DNA from: Nitrospirota bacterium
GTDB lineage: Bacteria > Nitrospirota > Nitrospiria > SBBL01 > JAADHI01
Length of the DNA stretch: 64,000 nucleotides
Assembly: GCA_029261215.1 (NCBI GenBank)
Contig: JAJDBT010000050.1
Coordinates: 17,982 to 81,981 of the forward strand
Reading direction: 5' to 3'
Numbering within the stretch: position 1 is the stretch's first letter; every line of letters begins with the position of its first letter. The position numbers and the translations under genes are program-made. Below, piece by piece: positions 28,333 through 38,909 of this stretch. The notes under the pieces are model-generated. The model was not told where the DNA came from, did not search any database, and was given only the letters and a program-made list of their open reading frames with translations.

Positions 28333-29685
28333 TTATTTTACCACTAGACCTCCGGGCGGAGTAGGCGGGGCCGGGTCGAGAGGAAGCCCTCCCATAACGC
28401 TAAACACATGAATCAGGGGGCGCGCATTATCTGGCGATGAATCAGGAAATCCCCGTTCACCATCTCTTTGTGAAATGAACAATCTTTTCGTTGTTGAATC
28501 ATATGCAGCACCTAAAACACCTGCAATACCATGAGGACCTATCTCAAGTGGCCAGACTGCGTAAGGTCGTATGTCCCAAGGATTTTTCTGGCCGGTCTTC
28601 ACCGAGATCATATCATTGACATCATACGCCCATACCCATGTCTTATAGGGATAAGCATGGCCCCCCTTAACTGATTCTCCTTCCGGGTTATAGCAATAAA
28701 TGGATCCGTCTCCCTTTTCTTTTCCAGCAAGACTGGGATCACTCGTTGCCGTTCCATAACAAGACACCCCGGTTCCCTGTCTCCCGATATACAAAACACT
28801 GCGGCTTCCAGGAGGAAAGATAACCCCTCTAATTTCAGTCGTCATATTAAAATACAAATTTACGGTTTCATCACCTTCCCATGTACCCAATGTAGGATGA
28901 GTAATATCATAATATAGAACCGGTGTGGCGGGAACAGGACTTTTCACGCCGAGATCATCTGGGTTAAAAACAACTCCTGCTGGCCCAAGAGAAGTTCTAC
29001 CGATAATGGAAAGACAGCAATTTCCTGTAAGCGCAGTCCCACCCAAGGCGGCTTGCCATTCGGGCGGAATCTGAGTCATAGGACCCGATACAAAACCCTG
29101 CCCGATTGTACCGACTTTATACATGCCTCGAAAATCTCCCGTTTGTGACAAGTTCAGCCCTGAAGTAAAATGTGAAAGCACGGCCACATTACCAGCGTCA
29201 TAATATCCATAGGAAGTTCCGATCAGCTTATTCCCATAAACCATCAGACCACCCATGTATACCCCCGTATCACTGGGATATACTGCGCCTCCGGCAGCAA
29301 TATCGGATAAATGACCTTCCGTAATGTCAGATAAATTCTGTAGGACACTCGCCATATTCAAATCACTCAGGTTAATACCCTTGACAGGTTGGGGGATGCT
29401 AATTTCTGCGGTCTTCTGTTCATAAATGTGATTATTGATGAACAAGGAGTTATTTGCGGGGTTGTAGGCCAAGCCGGTACGTGCGTATGCAAAACCAGCG
29501 CCTCCAGATATCGTGTCTGGTACACGGAATGCGCCCATATAAACTAAATTAGAGGACTGCAAGAGTTCAGCAGCAGATGTGATTCCCCCTGAGAATAAAA
29601 TCGCCAGCCCAATAAGCCAGACCATAATGAGTGGACTTGATTTAAATGAATAGTACCTTGTATTGGTTATCAATTCAGCCTCCAT
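28333..29685 (-). CDS. Secreted protein of unknown function with the conserved C-terminal tail
   Basis: Signal peptide (...LFSGGITSA), Gly/Tyr-rich beta-type body, ends DPAPPTPPGGLVVK. Confidence 0.75.
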   Translation of the reverse strand: MEAELITNTRYYSFKSSPLIMVWLIGLAILFSGGITSAAELLQSSNLVYMGAFRVPDTISGGAGFAYARTGLAYNPANNSLFINNHIYEQKTAEISIPQPVKGINLSDLNMASVLQNLSDITEGHLSDIAAGGAVYPSDTGVYMGGLMVYGNKLIGTSYGYYDAGNVAVLSHFTSGLNLSQTGDFRGMYKVGTIGQGFVSGPMTQIPPEWQAALGGTALTGNCCLSIIGRTSLGPAGVVFNPDDLGVKSPVPATPVLYYDITHPTLGTWEGDETVNLYFNMTTEIRGVIFPPGSRSVLYIGRQGTGVSCYGTATSDPSLAGKEKGDGSIYCYNPEGESVKGGHAYPYKTWVWAYDVNDMISVKTGQKNPWDIRPYAVWPLEIGPHGIAGVLGAAYDSTTKRLFISQRDGERGFPDSSPDNARPLIHVFSVMGGLPLDPAPPTPPGGLVVK

Positions 29686-29998
29686 AGAATATATAAAATA
29701 TAAAAACGGTCGAATCCAGTTAACATTTAGAGCGAAACGAGTTAATCAGGACATACTATAGATGTTCAGACAAGGACTACTACAGATCTCTACTTCTCTT
29801 TGTATAGACATTAAAGTGCTTCGTCAGTAAAAAATAACTGTCCTTATTTAGAATCATGACAACCCATTCGAAACAGTAGATGATCATATATCATGTTTTT
29901 AATCATTGCTCCCATATCAGTTTCCAGGGAAGATTGCATCAGATGATCCATCTGGCACATAATAATAAGATGTCTATACGCTGTCCATCTTTTTATTT

Positions 29999-31279
29999 TC
30001 ATTCTACCGAAAGTCCTCTGGGGGCACTAGGTTCCGATATATCCGATACTGAAACCTCATCCGCGCCAATATCAGGTGAAGCCCCTGTGGGACGGCTTTC
30101 CCCGTCATAATCCCTAGTAATTTCAGTGCGGGGAAGCGCCTGATCAATCGCCGCAGCAACAGCCGGGAGAAGATGTAGATCCCCCAACGCAGGGTTTAAA
30201 AACCATGAATTTTGAGCGTTAATCAAGTTATTGAACACCTCAGCACTGGCACCATCCCTGCCTTGAATAGCAGCATCAGTCAAATTATTCACAATCTCTA
30301 CATTGATGGTATTGTTAAAGCGATATTCAATGGCATTCTGAAAAGTGCCACTCATGATCAAAGTGTTATTTAATACCTTTGTCCCTGGTGAACTTGTCAC
30401 AAAAATAGCCACATCTCCGCTTTCTGACGCGCTCCTATAAAAGAAATTGTTCCGAATAATCCCGTTCTGGTGATCATGTATCTTGCTATCGAGGCCATAA
30501 GCGATACCACGCTCACAGTTAAGAAATAGATTTCCCTCACTGACACTATCCTGACTACGGTTCCACATTAAGATCGCAGGCCCGGCAGCTTGCCCTATCG
30601 GGCCACGAATGTTCTTGAATAAATTGTTACGAATAATCCAGCCTTTTCCGGTGTGAACGTCAACCCCGTTCGTATACCAGTCAGGGGCAATCGTCGTATA
30701 TTCCATTGCAGAACATTCGACAATACCATTATCAACACCTCCACCAGAGCCATCTGGATTGGCTTTAATAAACTGATCCCCAACATCAACCATGCGCACA
30801 TTACGAATAGTCGGGGCCTCAGTTCCGGCATTCAAAATAAAAGCATGTTCACTAATATCCGTAAGGGTAAAATCGGAAAAAGTAATATTCTCCGCAGCTC
30901 TAAGCCAAAACCCAAAAGACATGCTCGGATCATTCATCCCCGGCCCCGCCAATACAACATCATCACGATTTCCGGTCACGCCACGAATCACGACTCCGGT
31001 CACGCCATCAAGATTGAGAGATCGGGTAAGTCTATAGGTCCCCTGTGAAATGAAGATGGTGTCACCCGATTGAATACCATCAAAAGCTGCCTGTAACGCT
31101 GCTTCTGTAGATACTGTCCGCACATTCCCGGTCGGTGCAGAAAGAGGAAGGCAGTTCGCAATAGGAACAGCCAGCGCAAATGACAGCAGAGGCATAGAAA
31201 GGATAAAAAGAAGAACTCCGAAAAACATCAGGGCACGACACGATTTACTCCTTTTAGTTCCTCCTGAGGCTCGATTCAT
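29999..31279 (-). CDS. Secreted right-handed beta-helix protein with a choice-of-anchor-Q-like motif and the conserved tail
   Basis: Signal peptide; AALQAA...GDTIFISQGTY; IIRNNLF/IIRNNFF repeats; DLHL...AID...DYDGESRP...PDIGADE; ends DISEPSAPRGLSVE. Confidence 0.82.
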   Translation of the reverse strand: MNRASGGTKRSKSCRALMFFGVLLFILSMPLLSFALAVPIANCLPLSAPTGNVRTVSTEAALQAAFDGIQSGDTIFISQGTYRLTRSLNLDGVTGVVIRGVTGNRDDVVLAGPGMNDPSMSFGFWLRAAENITFSDFTLTDISEHAFILNAGTEAPTIRNVRMVDVGDQFIKANPDGSGGGVDNGIVECSAMEYTTIAPDWYTNGVDVHTGKGWIIRNNLFKNIRGPIGQAAGPAILMWNRSQDSVSEGNLFLNCERGIAYGLDSKIHDHQNGIIRNNFFYRSASESGDVAIFVTSSPGTKVLNNTLIMSGTFQNAIEYRFNNTINVEIVNNLTDAAIQGRDGASAEVFNNLINAQNSWFLNPALGDLHLLPAVAAAIDQALPRTEITRDYDGESRPTGASPDIGADEVSVSDISEPSAPRGLSVE

Positions 31280-31369
31280 AATCTTTCCCCAATCATAAAG
31301 ACGTCTGGGTTAAAAGCAACGACGTAATCAAAGAACTCTTCTATCATTACTGAGGTTGAAATTGTTTAT

Positions 31370-31400
31370 CGCATTTTCCAGTCACAACTGGGAAAATGCG
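31370..31400. terminator. Inverted repeat (terminator or operator)
   Basis: CGCATTTTCCAGT...ACTGGGAAAATGCG, a 13-bp stem with one bulge, about 90 nt upstream of the beta-helix gene. Confidence 0.5.
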
Positions 31401-31679
31401 CCATTTAAAATACACCTCTACATCTTACTTGTTTCACATCGTGGATGTCTTTGCTTATAGATCAGGTCACCCTTACGATTATATCAGACTTCCATTTATC
31501 TGCAGGAATGGCATGGCTCCTTAAAAAAAATCAAGCACCCCCTTCAGATAGAAGCCCTTCTATATGACTCTTACACTTCAATCGGGATTGATCTTTTACT
31601 AGACAGAGCATTGGCGACCCCTCAAGAGGCCTCAGAGCACCATGAATGATATCAAAATGATGAGGCGGGATGGCGGGAC

Positions 31680-34211
31680 TCAGGATTTGCTTTGAATGAA
31701 GTTATCTTTTCGAAATGCACCAAAATAGTTAAACATCATTCCATTCAATAAAACGAGGACGATCGGTCGAGTCAGTTTCTCCCGATCATATTCTTCCAAA
31801 GATAAAAAACCTTCATCATAGAAATATCGCGCTTTTTCTATAAAACGTCTTTTTTCAGATTCCTTTGCATATTTTTCCGCATAAAGAAACACATTACATT
31901 TACGAAGTTCCTGAGCACCCCAGGTCCCATTCGGATATTCTAATTTTTCAGGTTTACTAAGGTAGACATATTCGTTTTTTACCATCCAGTCCACGTAATG
32001 GAGGAGGCATTTTCGTGAATAATCCCACATTTCGTCAATCTGTTGATGCTCTGTTTTAATATCTAAATACTTCCCAAGTGACTGAAAAAAGACAACATAC
32101 ATCCACCGGTTCTCGATATCCAAGAGGTCTTTCTTCGCAATATCGTCATTCGGATGAACACAAGCCCGAATCAAGGTCTCAGCTTTTTTGAGATACCGAT
32201 TCTGTTTTGTCAATTGATACGCATCAAGCAGAACAGCCAGTGCATTCCCGCTTGCTCGACCTGGGCCATCCAATCCATACACTTTATTGAGTTGAACCAA
32301 GCTCTTTTCGCTTGTTTTTTCTTTTATGAATGCGATAAATTTTCGCGCCGTACGTAGCATTTTTCTGAGCAGGCGTTTTTCTGAGCGGATATTGTTCTCG
32401 ACAAATAACGCCAATTCCAAGACCGCTTCATAAGAAGACACACTTCCGGTCATATAGTGATGCAACAACAAGCCACTCGAATACACATGCGATAAAGAAG
32501 GCCCACCCCCATAAAATGCTTTATTTCGATAAGGGAGGTGTTTCTTCGAGAAACATCGATGGGTGGCCGTCTCGGCGTCAATATAGTGTTCCGTATGCCA
32601 AAACAACCCACGGTTGTATTCTATGCGATCCTCATCCGTGTGATAGATATCGATGTCTTTCACATGCCGGCACAGCTCGTCCCCCAGAATAAACCACTCG
32701 ATATCCCCGCTTCGGAGATACTGATTTAAAAAACCAAAAATGCCATCGTACTGATTGTTATAGTGAGAAATCAGCGGGTTAGGGCCCTCGTGCCCTACGG
32801 CCTCATGATCCCCGTAAAGCTCGCCAAAATTCCGCCACCCATATTCATCGATAATTTCTCTTCTTTTGAAAAAACTCTGCTCTCCTTCAATCGCAGCGTG
32901 AATAAATTCCTGATATTTATCCTTGTTTTCCTTATTCTCCGGGACAAAATGGCTGAGCGCCTTCGAATCTGCATAACACTCCGGAGTGGTTCTCAGGCTC
33001 AGTGGGCGATGAACTCCCTCAAGCCCCATTTTCTCCCCGTCTTCGGGACACATCTCAAAAAAAATCGTATGGGTTTTCTGCTCCCCGCCCTGCAACTCAA
33101 AGGCATCATCAAATTGATAAGGAAAAAGACGAATATGCAAGGTATCCTGCTCTGCTTCCAAGGCCTTTGGGCAGTTTTGCCAGAAATGCTGAACCGTCGT
33201 CTCAATGCTGTTTGTCCCATTGCCAATACGAATGATCGGAGTTGCCCTCAAACCCTCCTCCAAGACATTCCCATTGCAAACAACCTGATAGCCTCGAAAT
33301 CGCTGGGGGACTTCACCGTCCCGATTGACATGATTTAGGCTCTTCCAATGTTCTCCGCCACTCGAATCTTGGTAAATCGTGAATAAATCACCTTGCTTTG
33401 CTTTCTGATTAAAATTGATGGGATAGACGGTCCTCCCTGGCATAGATTGCCATTGAGAGCGTCCTGGGGCATCCCAATCAGCGCGAACCCTAAGCGATAG
33501 CGATAAATCCTCAAAAAAAACGGACCCAGGATCACCCAGATCCCAAAGCCCACCAGGGTGTATCGCCGCTTTTGGATTGAGAAGTGTAAACTCAAGTTTG
33601 ACCAAGGCACTGTTTACATAAAAGCTCAGCCTCGAAAAAAAATCACAAAAAGCCTGTTGGCCTGAAGACTGAAAACTGCCTTCGATTTTGATGGTCGTTC
33701 TCAAGTCGCCTTCTGTCTCAAGAACAATGTTTTCAATTACGGGGTCATAGGTTTTTCCCGCATCATCCGTTAAAACAATCTCATTGCCCGATGCTGATAA
33801 TACATCCTGCCCACGAATCACAACACGCTCAAAAGGACTAAATACCTTGTGATTCAAAAAAAAGCAGGCGGCTTGTGTATCAATTTTCAATACGTCCAGG
33901 CTTTGCTCAATCAGAATTGATTTTGGATTGTTCAGTCTCGGGGTTTCGGTCTCCACAACAAGCCGTAATTCCAGGGTTTGGTAGGCCTCGACCGAAGCCT
34001 GGAAATCAAGTAAAACCCACTTTGAACTCCCATCCGGCCAAAACGCAAGAGACGCCGTTTGCAAAGGACAATCATTCCCATCCCAATCTTGCAGCCTCAA
34101 CATTGAACCGCCCGACAACAACCCCTTTGGCAGAGGGATGCCAACAGACACCGGCTCACAGTGACGGTAAATACCTGCATTTTCTTCAACAAGAATAGGA
34201 ATGTACGACAC
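31680..34211 (-). CDS. PcRGLX/YetA-like (exo-rhamnogalacturonan-lyase-like) protein
   Basis: N-terminal EPVSVGIPLPKG...LQT..LAFWPDGSSKWVLLDFQ, HFWQNCPKALE, YGWRNFG, NNQYD, HVKDID; no signal peptide. Confidence 0.68.
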   Translation of the reverse strand: MSYIPILVEENAGIYRHCEPVSVGIPLPKGLLSGGSMLRLQDWDGNDCPLQTASLAFWPDGSSKWVLLDFQASVEAYQTLELRLVVETETPRLNNPKSILIEQSLDVLKIDTQAACFFLNHKVFSPFERVVIRGQDVLSASGNEIVLTDDAGKTYDPVIENIVLETEGDLRTTIKIEGSFQSSGQQAFCDFFSRLSFYVNSALVKLEFTLLNPKAAIHPGGLWDLGDPGSVFFEDLSLSLRVRADWDAPGRSQWQSMPGRTVYPINFNQKAKQGDLFTIYQDSSGGEHWKSLNHVNRDGEVPQRFRGYQVVCNGNVLEEGLRATPIIRIGNGTNSIETTVQHFWQNCPKALEAEQDTLHIRLFPYQFDDAFELQGGEQKTHTIFFEMCPEDGEKMGLEGVHRPLSLRTTPECYADSKALSHFVPENKENKDKYQEFIHAAIEGEQSFFKRREIIDEYGWRNFGELYGDHEAVGHEGPNPLISHYNNQYDGIFGFLNQYLRSGDIEWFILGDELCRHVKDIDIYHTDEDRIEYNRGLFWHTEHYIDAETATHRCFSKKHLPYRNKAFYGGGPSLSHVYSSGLLLHHYMTGSVSSYEAVLELALFVENNIRSEKRLLRKMLRTARKFIAFIKEKTSEKSLVQLNKVYGLDGPGRASGNALAVLLDAYQLTKQNRYLKKAETLIRACVHPNDDIAKKDLLDIENRWMYVVFFQSLGKYLDIKTEHQQIDEMWDYSRKCLLHYVDWMVKNEYVYLSKPEKLEYPNGTWGAQELRKCNVFLYAEKYAKESEKRRFIEKARYFYDEGFLSLEEYDREKLTRPIVLVLLNGMMFNYFGAFRKDNFIQSKS

Positions 34212-34213
34212 GG

Positions 34214-35320
34214 TTAGGCACTCCCTTCATACATCTCTTCATAGGCATGGACCATTTTATCGACGGTAAAATACTCATCAAAACGAGCTCTTCCCGCCTG
34301 ACCCATTTTATTCATCATGTCCGGGTTTTCAAACAAATATAAAATACGATCGACAAGGGATTTTTCATCATCACTGGGGACAACAAATCCGGTCTCGCCT
34401 TCCTGAACAATCTCCGGATTTCCACCAACATCCGTCACGACCATCGGCAGACTTGAAGCCATCGCCTCCAAAATTGTCATTGCCGTTCCCTCGCTAAACG
34501 AAGTGAGCAAAAAGAGATCCATCACTGAAAAATAGCGATGCACATCCTCCCTGAAACCCGTGAAAATAACGTGGGAGCTCAGCTCAAGCTCAGAGACAAA
34601 CGATTCCAAATGATGTCGCTCCGGCCCATCCCCGATGATGACCAGAACGGTCTCGGGATAGGACGCTCTAATATGCCTCAGCGCCTTAATCATCATTTTC
34701 TGATTCTTAATGGGGTCAAGCCTCCCAACCGTCCCAAGCATGCGGGCACTTTCCGGAAGACCGAGTTCTTTTTTAAAATCAGTCTCCGGCGGCAAGAGGT
34801 ACCGCGTATCATCCAATCCATTGTAAATCACCTTTATTTTTTTAGCCGGAAAATTTTCATATTGGATCAGCGCGTCTTTTGTCGCCGACGAGATCGCAGT
34901 GATGTAGGCTGTGAAACAATTCAGGAGTGGATTCAATAAAACACGTTTCGGTCTTCGTACATCCGGGAAAAATCGGCCATGTTCGGTAAAGATCACCTTT
35001 GTTGACATAAAAACAGCAGCGCTGAGCCCATACACATAGGGCGTATACTGGTGACAATGCAGAACCGCCACATCGTGGTGTTTCAAAAAATGCCGGATAT
35101 CTCTAACAACGGACCAATCAAAACCTGGCTTTCGGCGAAAAGAAACAATCTGAATACCTTTTTCTATCAGCTGTTTTCCAAACGCGCCCACGGGTTCTTC
35201 TAGACAGAGGATCGAAACAATATATCTTGTTTTATCGGTGTGCTCCACCAGGTTATAGATGACCTGTTCGGCCCCTCCCATCCCCATATTAAAGGTGAGA
35301 TGTACAATATGTTTCTTCAC
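34214..35320 (-). CDS. GT4 glycosyltransferase
   Basis: MGGAEQV, FTEHG, IYNG, SEGTAMTILEAMA, TDVGGNPE. Start moved to GTG at 35320. Confidence 0.93.
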   Translation of the reverse strand: MKKHIVHLTFNMGMGGAEQVIYNLVEHTDKTRYIVSILCLEEPVGAFGKQLIEKGIQIVSFRRKPGFDWSVVRDIRHFLKHHDVAVLHCHQYTPYVYGLSAAVFMSTKVIFTEHGRFFPDVRRPKRVLLNPLLNCFTAYITAISSATKDALIQYENFPAKKIKVIYNGLDDTRYLLPPETDFKKELGLPESARMLGTVGRLDPIKNQKMMIKALRHIRASYPETVLVIIGDGPERHHLESFVSELELSSHVIFTGFREDVHRYFSVMDLFLLTSFSEGTAMTILEAMASSLPMVVTDVGGNPEIVQEGETGFVVPSDDEKSLVDRILYLFENPDMMNKMGQAGRARFDEYFTVDKMVHAYEEMYEGSA

Positions 35321-35334
35321 AGTTTCAACACTTT

Positions 35335-36528
35335 CTAGGAAATAAGCGCACCCAATTTGGCCAAGTTCGCGTCCCATGAATAATGTCTATAGACATTTTC
35401 TTTTGCTTTTTCGCCGAGCGCGATCCTTTTGGCTTCATCTTCCAGAAGCGCGACCACTGCTCTGGCAAAATGATCCTCGTCATCCGCAATGATGATATCC
35501 ATATCTTCATGTACGATTACCCCATCGCTTGCGTTAGAAGTTGCAACAATTGCATTTCCTGTTGCCATCGCTTCGAGCACTTTATTTTGAAGTCCTCTTG
35601 CTATTCGTAAAGGGATCACGCAAATATCCGCCATCCAATAGAATTCCCTGATGTCATCCACATAACCCGTCACATGGACGCCTTCTATTTTTGAGAGATT
35701 TTTAACCGCTTCTGTCGGATTGTTTCCAACAATATAAAACTGCGTATTGGGGATTTTTTCTTTTATTTTTTCAAAAACATGATTGCAAAACCAAGCCACA
35801 CCATCCTCGTTCGCAAAATAGTCCATGACCCCAGTAAATATAAGGATTGGCTTGTCATTTTTAACACTTCTTTTCTTTGGGGAAAAATATTCAAAGTCAA
35901 CGCCATTTGAGATATAAGCCAGATTTTTTGCATCAGGGTAACGCCCTTTAAACATATCGACTTCCCGTTTTGAAACAAAAAAGGAATGGTGAAACAATTG
36001 GTTGATTTTAATTTCATACTGAAGCAAGCGGCGGCGTTCAAAAGCATATACCCAGCTCAAAGGAAAGCGGCTGTAGGTTGCATATTGCCCCCATTTGTCC
36101 GAATCCAGATCTACATAATCGAGTATAAACTTGATCCCGTTCTGTTCTTTTTTTAGAAAAGCAGGGGTTTTAAAGACGTACTCTGCGACACTCGAGCAGA
36201 AACAAATCACAACGTCGATGTTGTTCTCCGCCAGAACCTTGTCGATATATTTCTGAAGCGGCGTATGATAGAAACTACACACAGAAAAAGGCTTCCCTTT
36301 CAAAATATTTTTTAAAAGGGCCACTCTTTTATTGAAATAGACTGCATGTACTTCTTTACAATATTCTTTCAAGCCCAGCACATACTGCTCGTCGGACGGC
36401 TGGTCCAATATGGTCCCAAGGTAAATATCGTGACCCTGAGATAAAAACTTAATTTCGTTAAACGACCGTATTTTATCCCCCTTATTTGGAGGATATGGAA
36501 TACGGTGTGCGATGAATAGAATGTTCAA
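35335..36528 (-). CDS. PEP-CTERM/XrtA-system GT4 glycosyltransferase (TIGR03087-like)
   Basis: Signature HRIPYPPNKGDKIRSFN, DYVDLDSDKW, ARGLQNKVLEAMA. Confidence 0.9.
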   Translation of the reverse strand: MNILFIAHRIPYPPNKGDKIRSFNEIKFLSQGHDIYLGTILDQPSDEQYVLGLKEYCKEVHAVYFNKRVALLKNILKGKPFSVCSFYHTPLQKYIDKVLAENNIDVVICFCSSVAEYVFKTPAFLKKEQNGIKFILDYVDLDSDKWGQYATYSRFPLSWVYAFERRRLLQYEIKINQLFHHSFFVSKREVDMFKGRYPDAKNLAYISNGVDFEYFSPKKRSVKNDKPILIFTGVMDYFANEDGVAWFCNHVFEKIKEKIPNTQFYIVGNNPTEAVKNLSKIEGVHVTGYVDDIREFYWMADICVIPLRIARGLQNKVLEAMATGNAIVATSNASDGVIVHEDMDIIIADDEDHFARAVVALLEDEAKRIALGEKAKENVYRHYSWDANLAKLGALIS

Positions 36529-37853
36529 GAAATCGCCCTTTCTTTTAAAAGGGATTGTAAGGCCGCCTCACGCTCAGAAAAAATAAAGCGGTTAGACACA
36601 AGACTGAGAATCAGTAAGAAATAAAATACTTCATAGGTAATCAGATTAAGAAAAACTGAACATAGAAAAAATGCAGAGATTCCACAGACAATGGCATCAT
36701 TGCCATAGGAAAGCAGAGGGTCTACATGCTCATCTTGGTGAATTTTTCTGTTGCGCCAAAACTGAGTCAAAACCCTCGCAAGAATAAGTAAATACATCAG
36801 GCCAGCCAAAATGCCACACTCAGAGCCGAGCTGTATCGCTGTGTTATGTGCAACATAAGGTTGTGTATCAGCATAATCTGGGTAAGCAACGACGAACTTA
36901 CCCAGCCCGACGCCAACAAAAGGACGATCTACCATCATTTTCAAGCCCGTTTCCCATGACTCAAGTCTCGGATTGGCCAGACCCTCTTCAGACTTCAGGG
37001 TTTCTGCGCGGTTCTTCATATCTCCGCCCTGCAATGAAAACGCGACAACTAAGGCAATGAAAGTGCCGATACCCAATAGCCTTGAACGAGACCTCACCGT
37101 AATGAAAAGGCACACAAAACCGGTCCCAAGTAAGGCGCCTCGGGACCCTGTCAAAAATATGGCATGCCATGCCCATGGAATAGCCCCCCACAAAGCATAT
37201 TTAACAAATATGCTTTTATAGTAAGACCCCATGAAATATAAAAAAGGTATCCCTACGACAAAAAGCATGCCAAAGATGTTCTCATCTATATACAGGCCTG
37301 ATCCCCCGTATTGACCGCTCGGCCCGCCAAGACGGGGTTGACCCTGCATTTGCCCTGAAAAATATTGCATATTCGCCCAGTAAATATAGTAATAAATAAT
37401 TGCAATAAAGCTCATCACCAGATAATGGAATTTTCTTTTAGTGTCTATTAGGCAGATCGCTATAAAGTAAAAAAAGTAAGCCTTATTCAGGACATCGAGT
37501 ATGCCCGCAGGATTCATCATCCCAAGACCCTTACTATCTCGAAAATCCGGATCGTAAGCGTAACGACTAAAGACATCCGAAAGATATATTGATATCCATA
37601 TGATCGCTAAAAACACATTTTGTTTGTTGTTTAACATGGAAAAATCAACTTTTTTCTGGAAGAGCGCTTTTAAAAAACCGATCATCGTGGCAAGGGAGAC
37701 ATACAAGGAAATTCGAATACCCTCAAGCACCCAGAACCAAATTGATTGAGGGGACAATATCGCAAGAAAATAATAAACCAAAACCCCGGTCCAGGCTTGC
37801 ATGATGGCAGAGGATACGACTCCAACCAGCAGGATATAAATTAGCATTTGCAA
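36525..37853 (-). CDS. O-antigen ligase/Wzy-like membrane protein (exosortase-A-associated type)
   Basis: Multiple TMs, DENIFG, TGSRGALLG, RLESW...PFVGVG, AHN. Confidence 0.85.
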   Translation of the reverse strand: MQMLIYILLVGVVSSAIMQAWTGVLVYYFLAILSPQSIWFWVLEGIRISLYVSLATMIGFLKALFQKKVDFSMLNNKQNVFLAIIWISIYLSDVFSRYAYDPDFRDSKGLGMMNPAGILDVLNKAYFFYFIAICLIDTKRKFHYLVMSFIAIIYYYIYWANMQYFSGQMQGQPRLGGPSGQYGGSGLYIDENIFGMLFVVGIPFLYFMGSYYKSIFVKYALWGAIPWAWHAIFLTGSRGALLGTGFVCLFITVRSRSRLLGIGTFIALVVAFSLQGGDMKNRAETLKSEEGLANPRLESWETGLKMMVDRPFVGVGLGKFVVAYPDYADTQPYVAHNTAIQLGSECGILAGLMYLLILARVLTQFWRNRKIHQDEHVDPLLSYGNDAIVCGISAFFLCSVFLNLITYEVFYFLLILSLVSNRFIFSEREAALQSLLKERAIS

Positions 37854-37970
37854 GCACAGCTCAAAGTAAACCTCTCATCAAAATAAGCCTTTTACGAGGA
37901 CACCGCCCTTCCACAAAAACTATTCCCCTCACTCAGATCGTAATAAATATTCCTGAAAAACAAGCGCGCT

Positions 37971-38909
37971 TTAAGAAGGGTTCTTTTTAAGAACAGCCAC
38001 TGTTCTTGAAAAAAAATACACCTGAAGCAGCAACAAGAGTCTCAATGCATCACCGATCTTCTGTATTTTTTCTTTAACTTTGTATAAAACAGCTAAGGTC
38101 GGCAAAAGATATAAAACAAACAAAAGGGCAAGCCATTTTAGATCAAACAACACCAAGGCGGCCAGACAGATCCCTGGAAAAAAAACACCGAAATAGAGCG
38201 GTATAGCGAGACTGGGGAGCTCCTTCCATTGAAATCTGTGACTGAACAAACCGATTAAATTACTTCGGCCTCTCCATATTTCCTTCGACATAAAGTGCCT
38301 CACCGTCGCGGCCTCACCCAGATGGATCACTTCGATTCTTGCGTCGGAAATGATTTTCCCATACTGCCGGATGCGGTAGGAAAAATCGACATCTTCGCAT
38401 GTGACCAAGGCTTCATTGAAACCGGAAACTGCCAGAAACTGATCTTTCCGAACAAATAAATTCATTGATTCCAACCAATCGACCTCCTGAATTTGTGTTT
38501 TTTTTTGCCGTACCAAGTACCATGTTTTTTGCACCCAGGTGGCCTCTTCTGGAATCGTTGGCGGACTGCCCCAAGCAGAGACATCCTCAGCGTCAAAATA
38601 GACTGCCGCATTCTGTAGCCATGTTTTGGAAACCAAACAGTCGGCATCCACAAAAGCAATGATCTCTCCCGTCGCGTTTCGGACCCCTAAATTCCGAAGA
38701 CCTGAGACATGTTTCTCATCGTCTCTTAAGACTTTTGCGCCATACTCTTCGGCAATCTCCCGGGTCCGGTCATCAGAACCATTGTCGACCAAAATAACTT
38801 CCAGATTGTCCTTTGGAAACACTAATTCCTGTATAGATCGTAAACACCCCGGCAGACAAGCTTCTTCGTTGTAGGCCGGTATGACAATCGACACTTTTTT
38901 CATCATCAC
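37971..38909 (-). CDS. GT2 glycosyltransferase
   Basis: VSIVIPAYNEE, VDNGSDD, RNLG, FVDADC, EDVDF; C-terminal TMs. Confidence 0.93.
   Translation of the reverse strand: MMMKKVSIVIPAYNEEACLPGCLRSIQELVFPKDNLEVILVDNGSDDRTREIAEEYGAKVLRDDEKHVSGLRNLGVRNATGEIIAFVDADCLVSKTWLQNAAVYFDAEDVSAWGSPPTIPEEATWVQKTWYLVRQKKTQIQEVDWLESMNLFVRKDQFLAVSGFNEALVTCEDVDFSYRIRQYGKIISDARIEVIHLGEAATVRHFMSKEIWRGRSNLIGLFSHRFQWKELPSLAIPLYFGVFFPGICLAALVLFDLKWLALLFVLYLLPTLAVLYKVKEKIQKIGDALRLLLLLQVYFFSRTVAVLKKNPS

Noticed and set aside
29858-29885. ACCCATTCGAAA resembling a c-di-GMP-I riboswitch segment
   Set aside because: Wrong strand for the downstream gene and it lacks the GCAAAC...GACGCAAA core.
29802-29979. 10-bp inverted repeat (GTATAGACAT / ATGTCTATAC) suggesting a MITE
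   Set aside because: Short, no target-site duplication seen and no second copy in the window.
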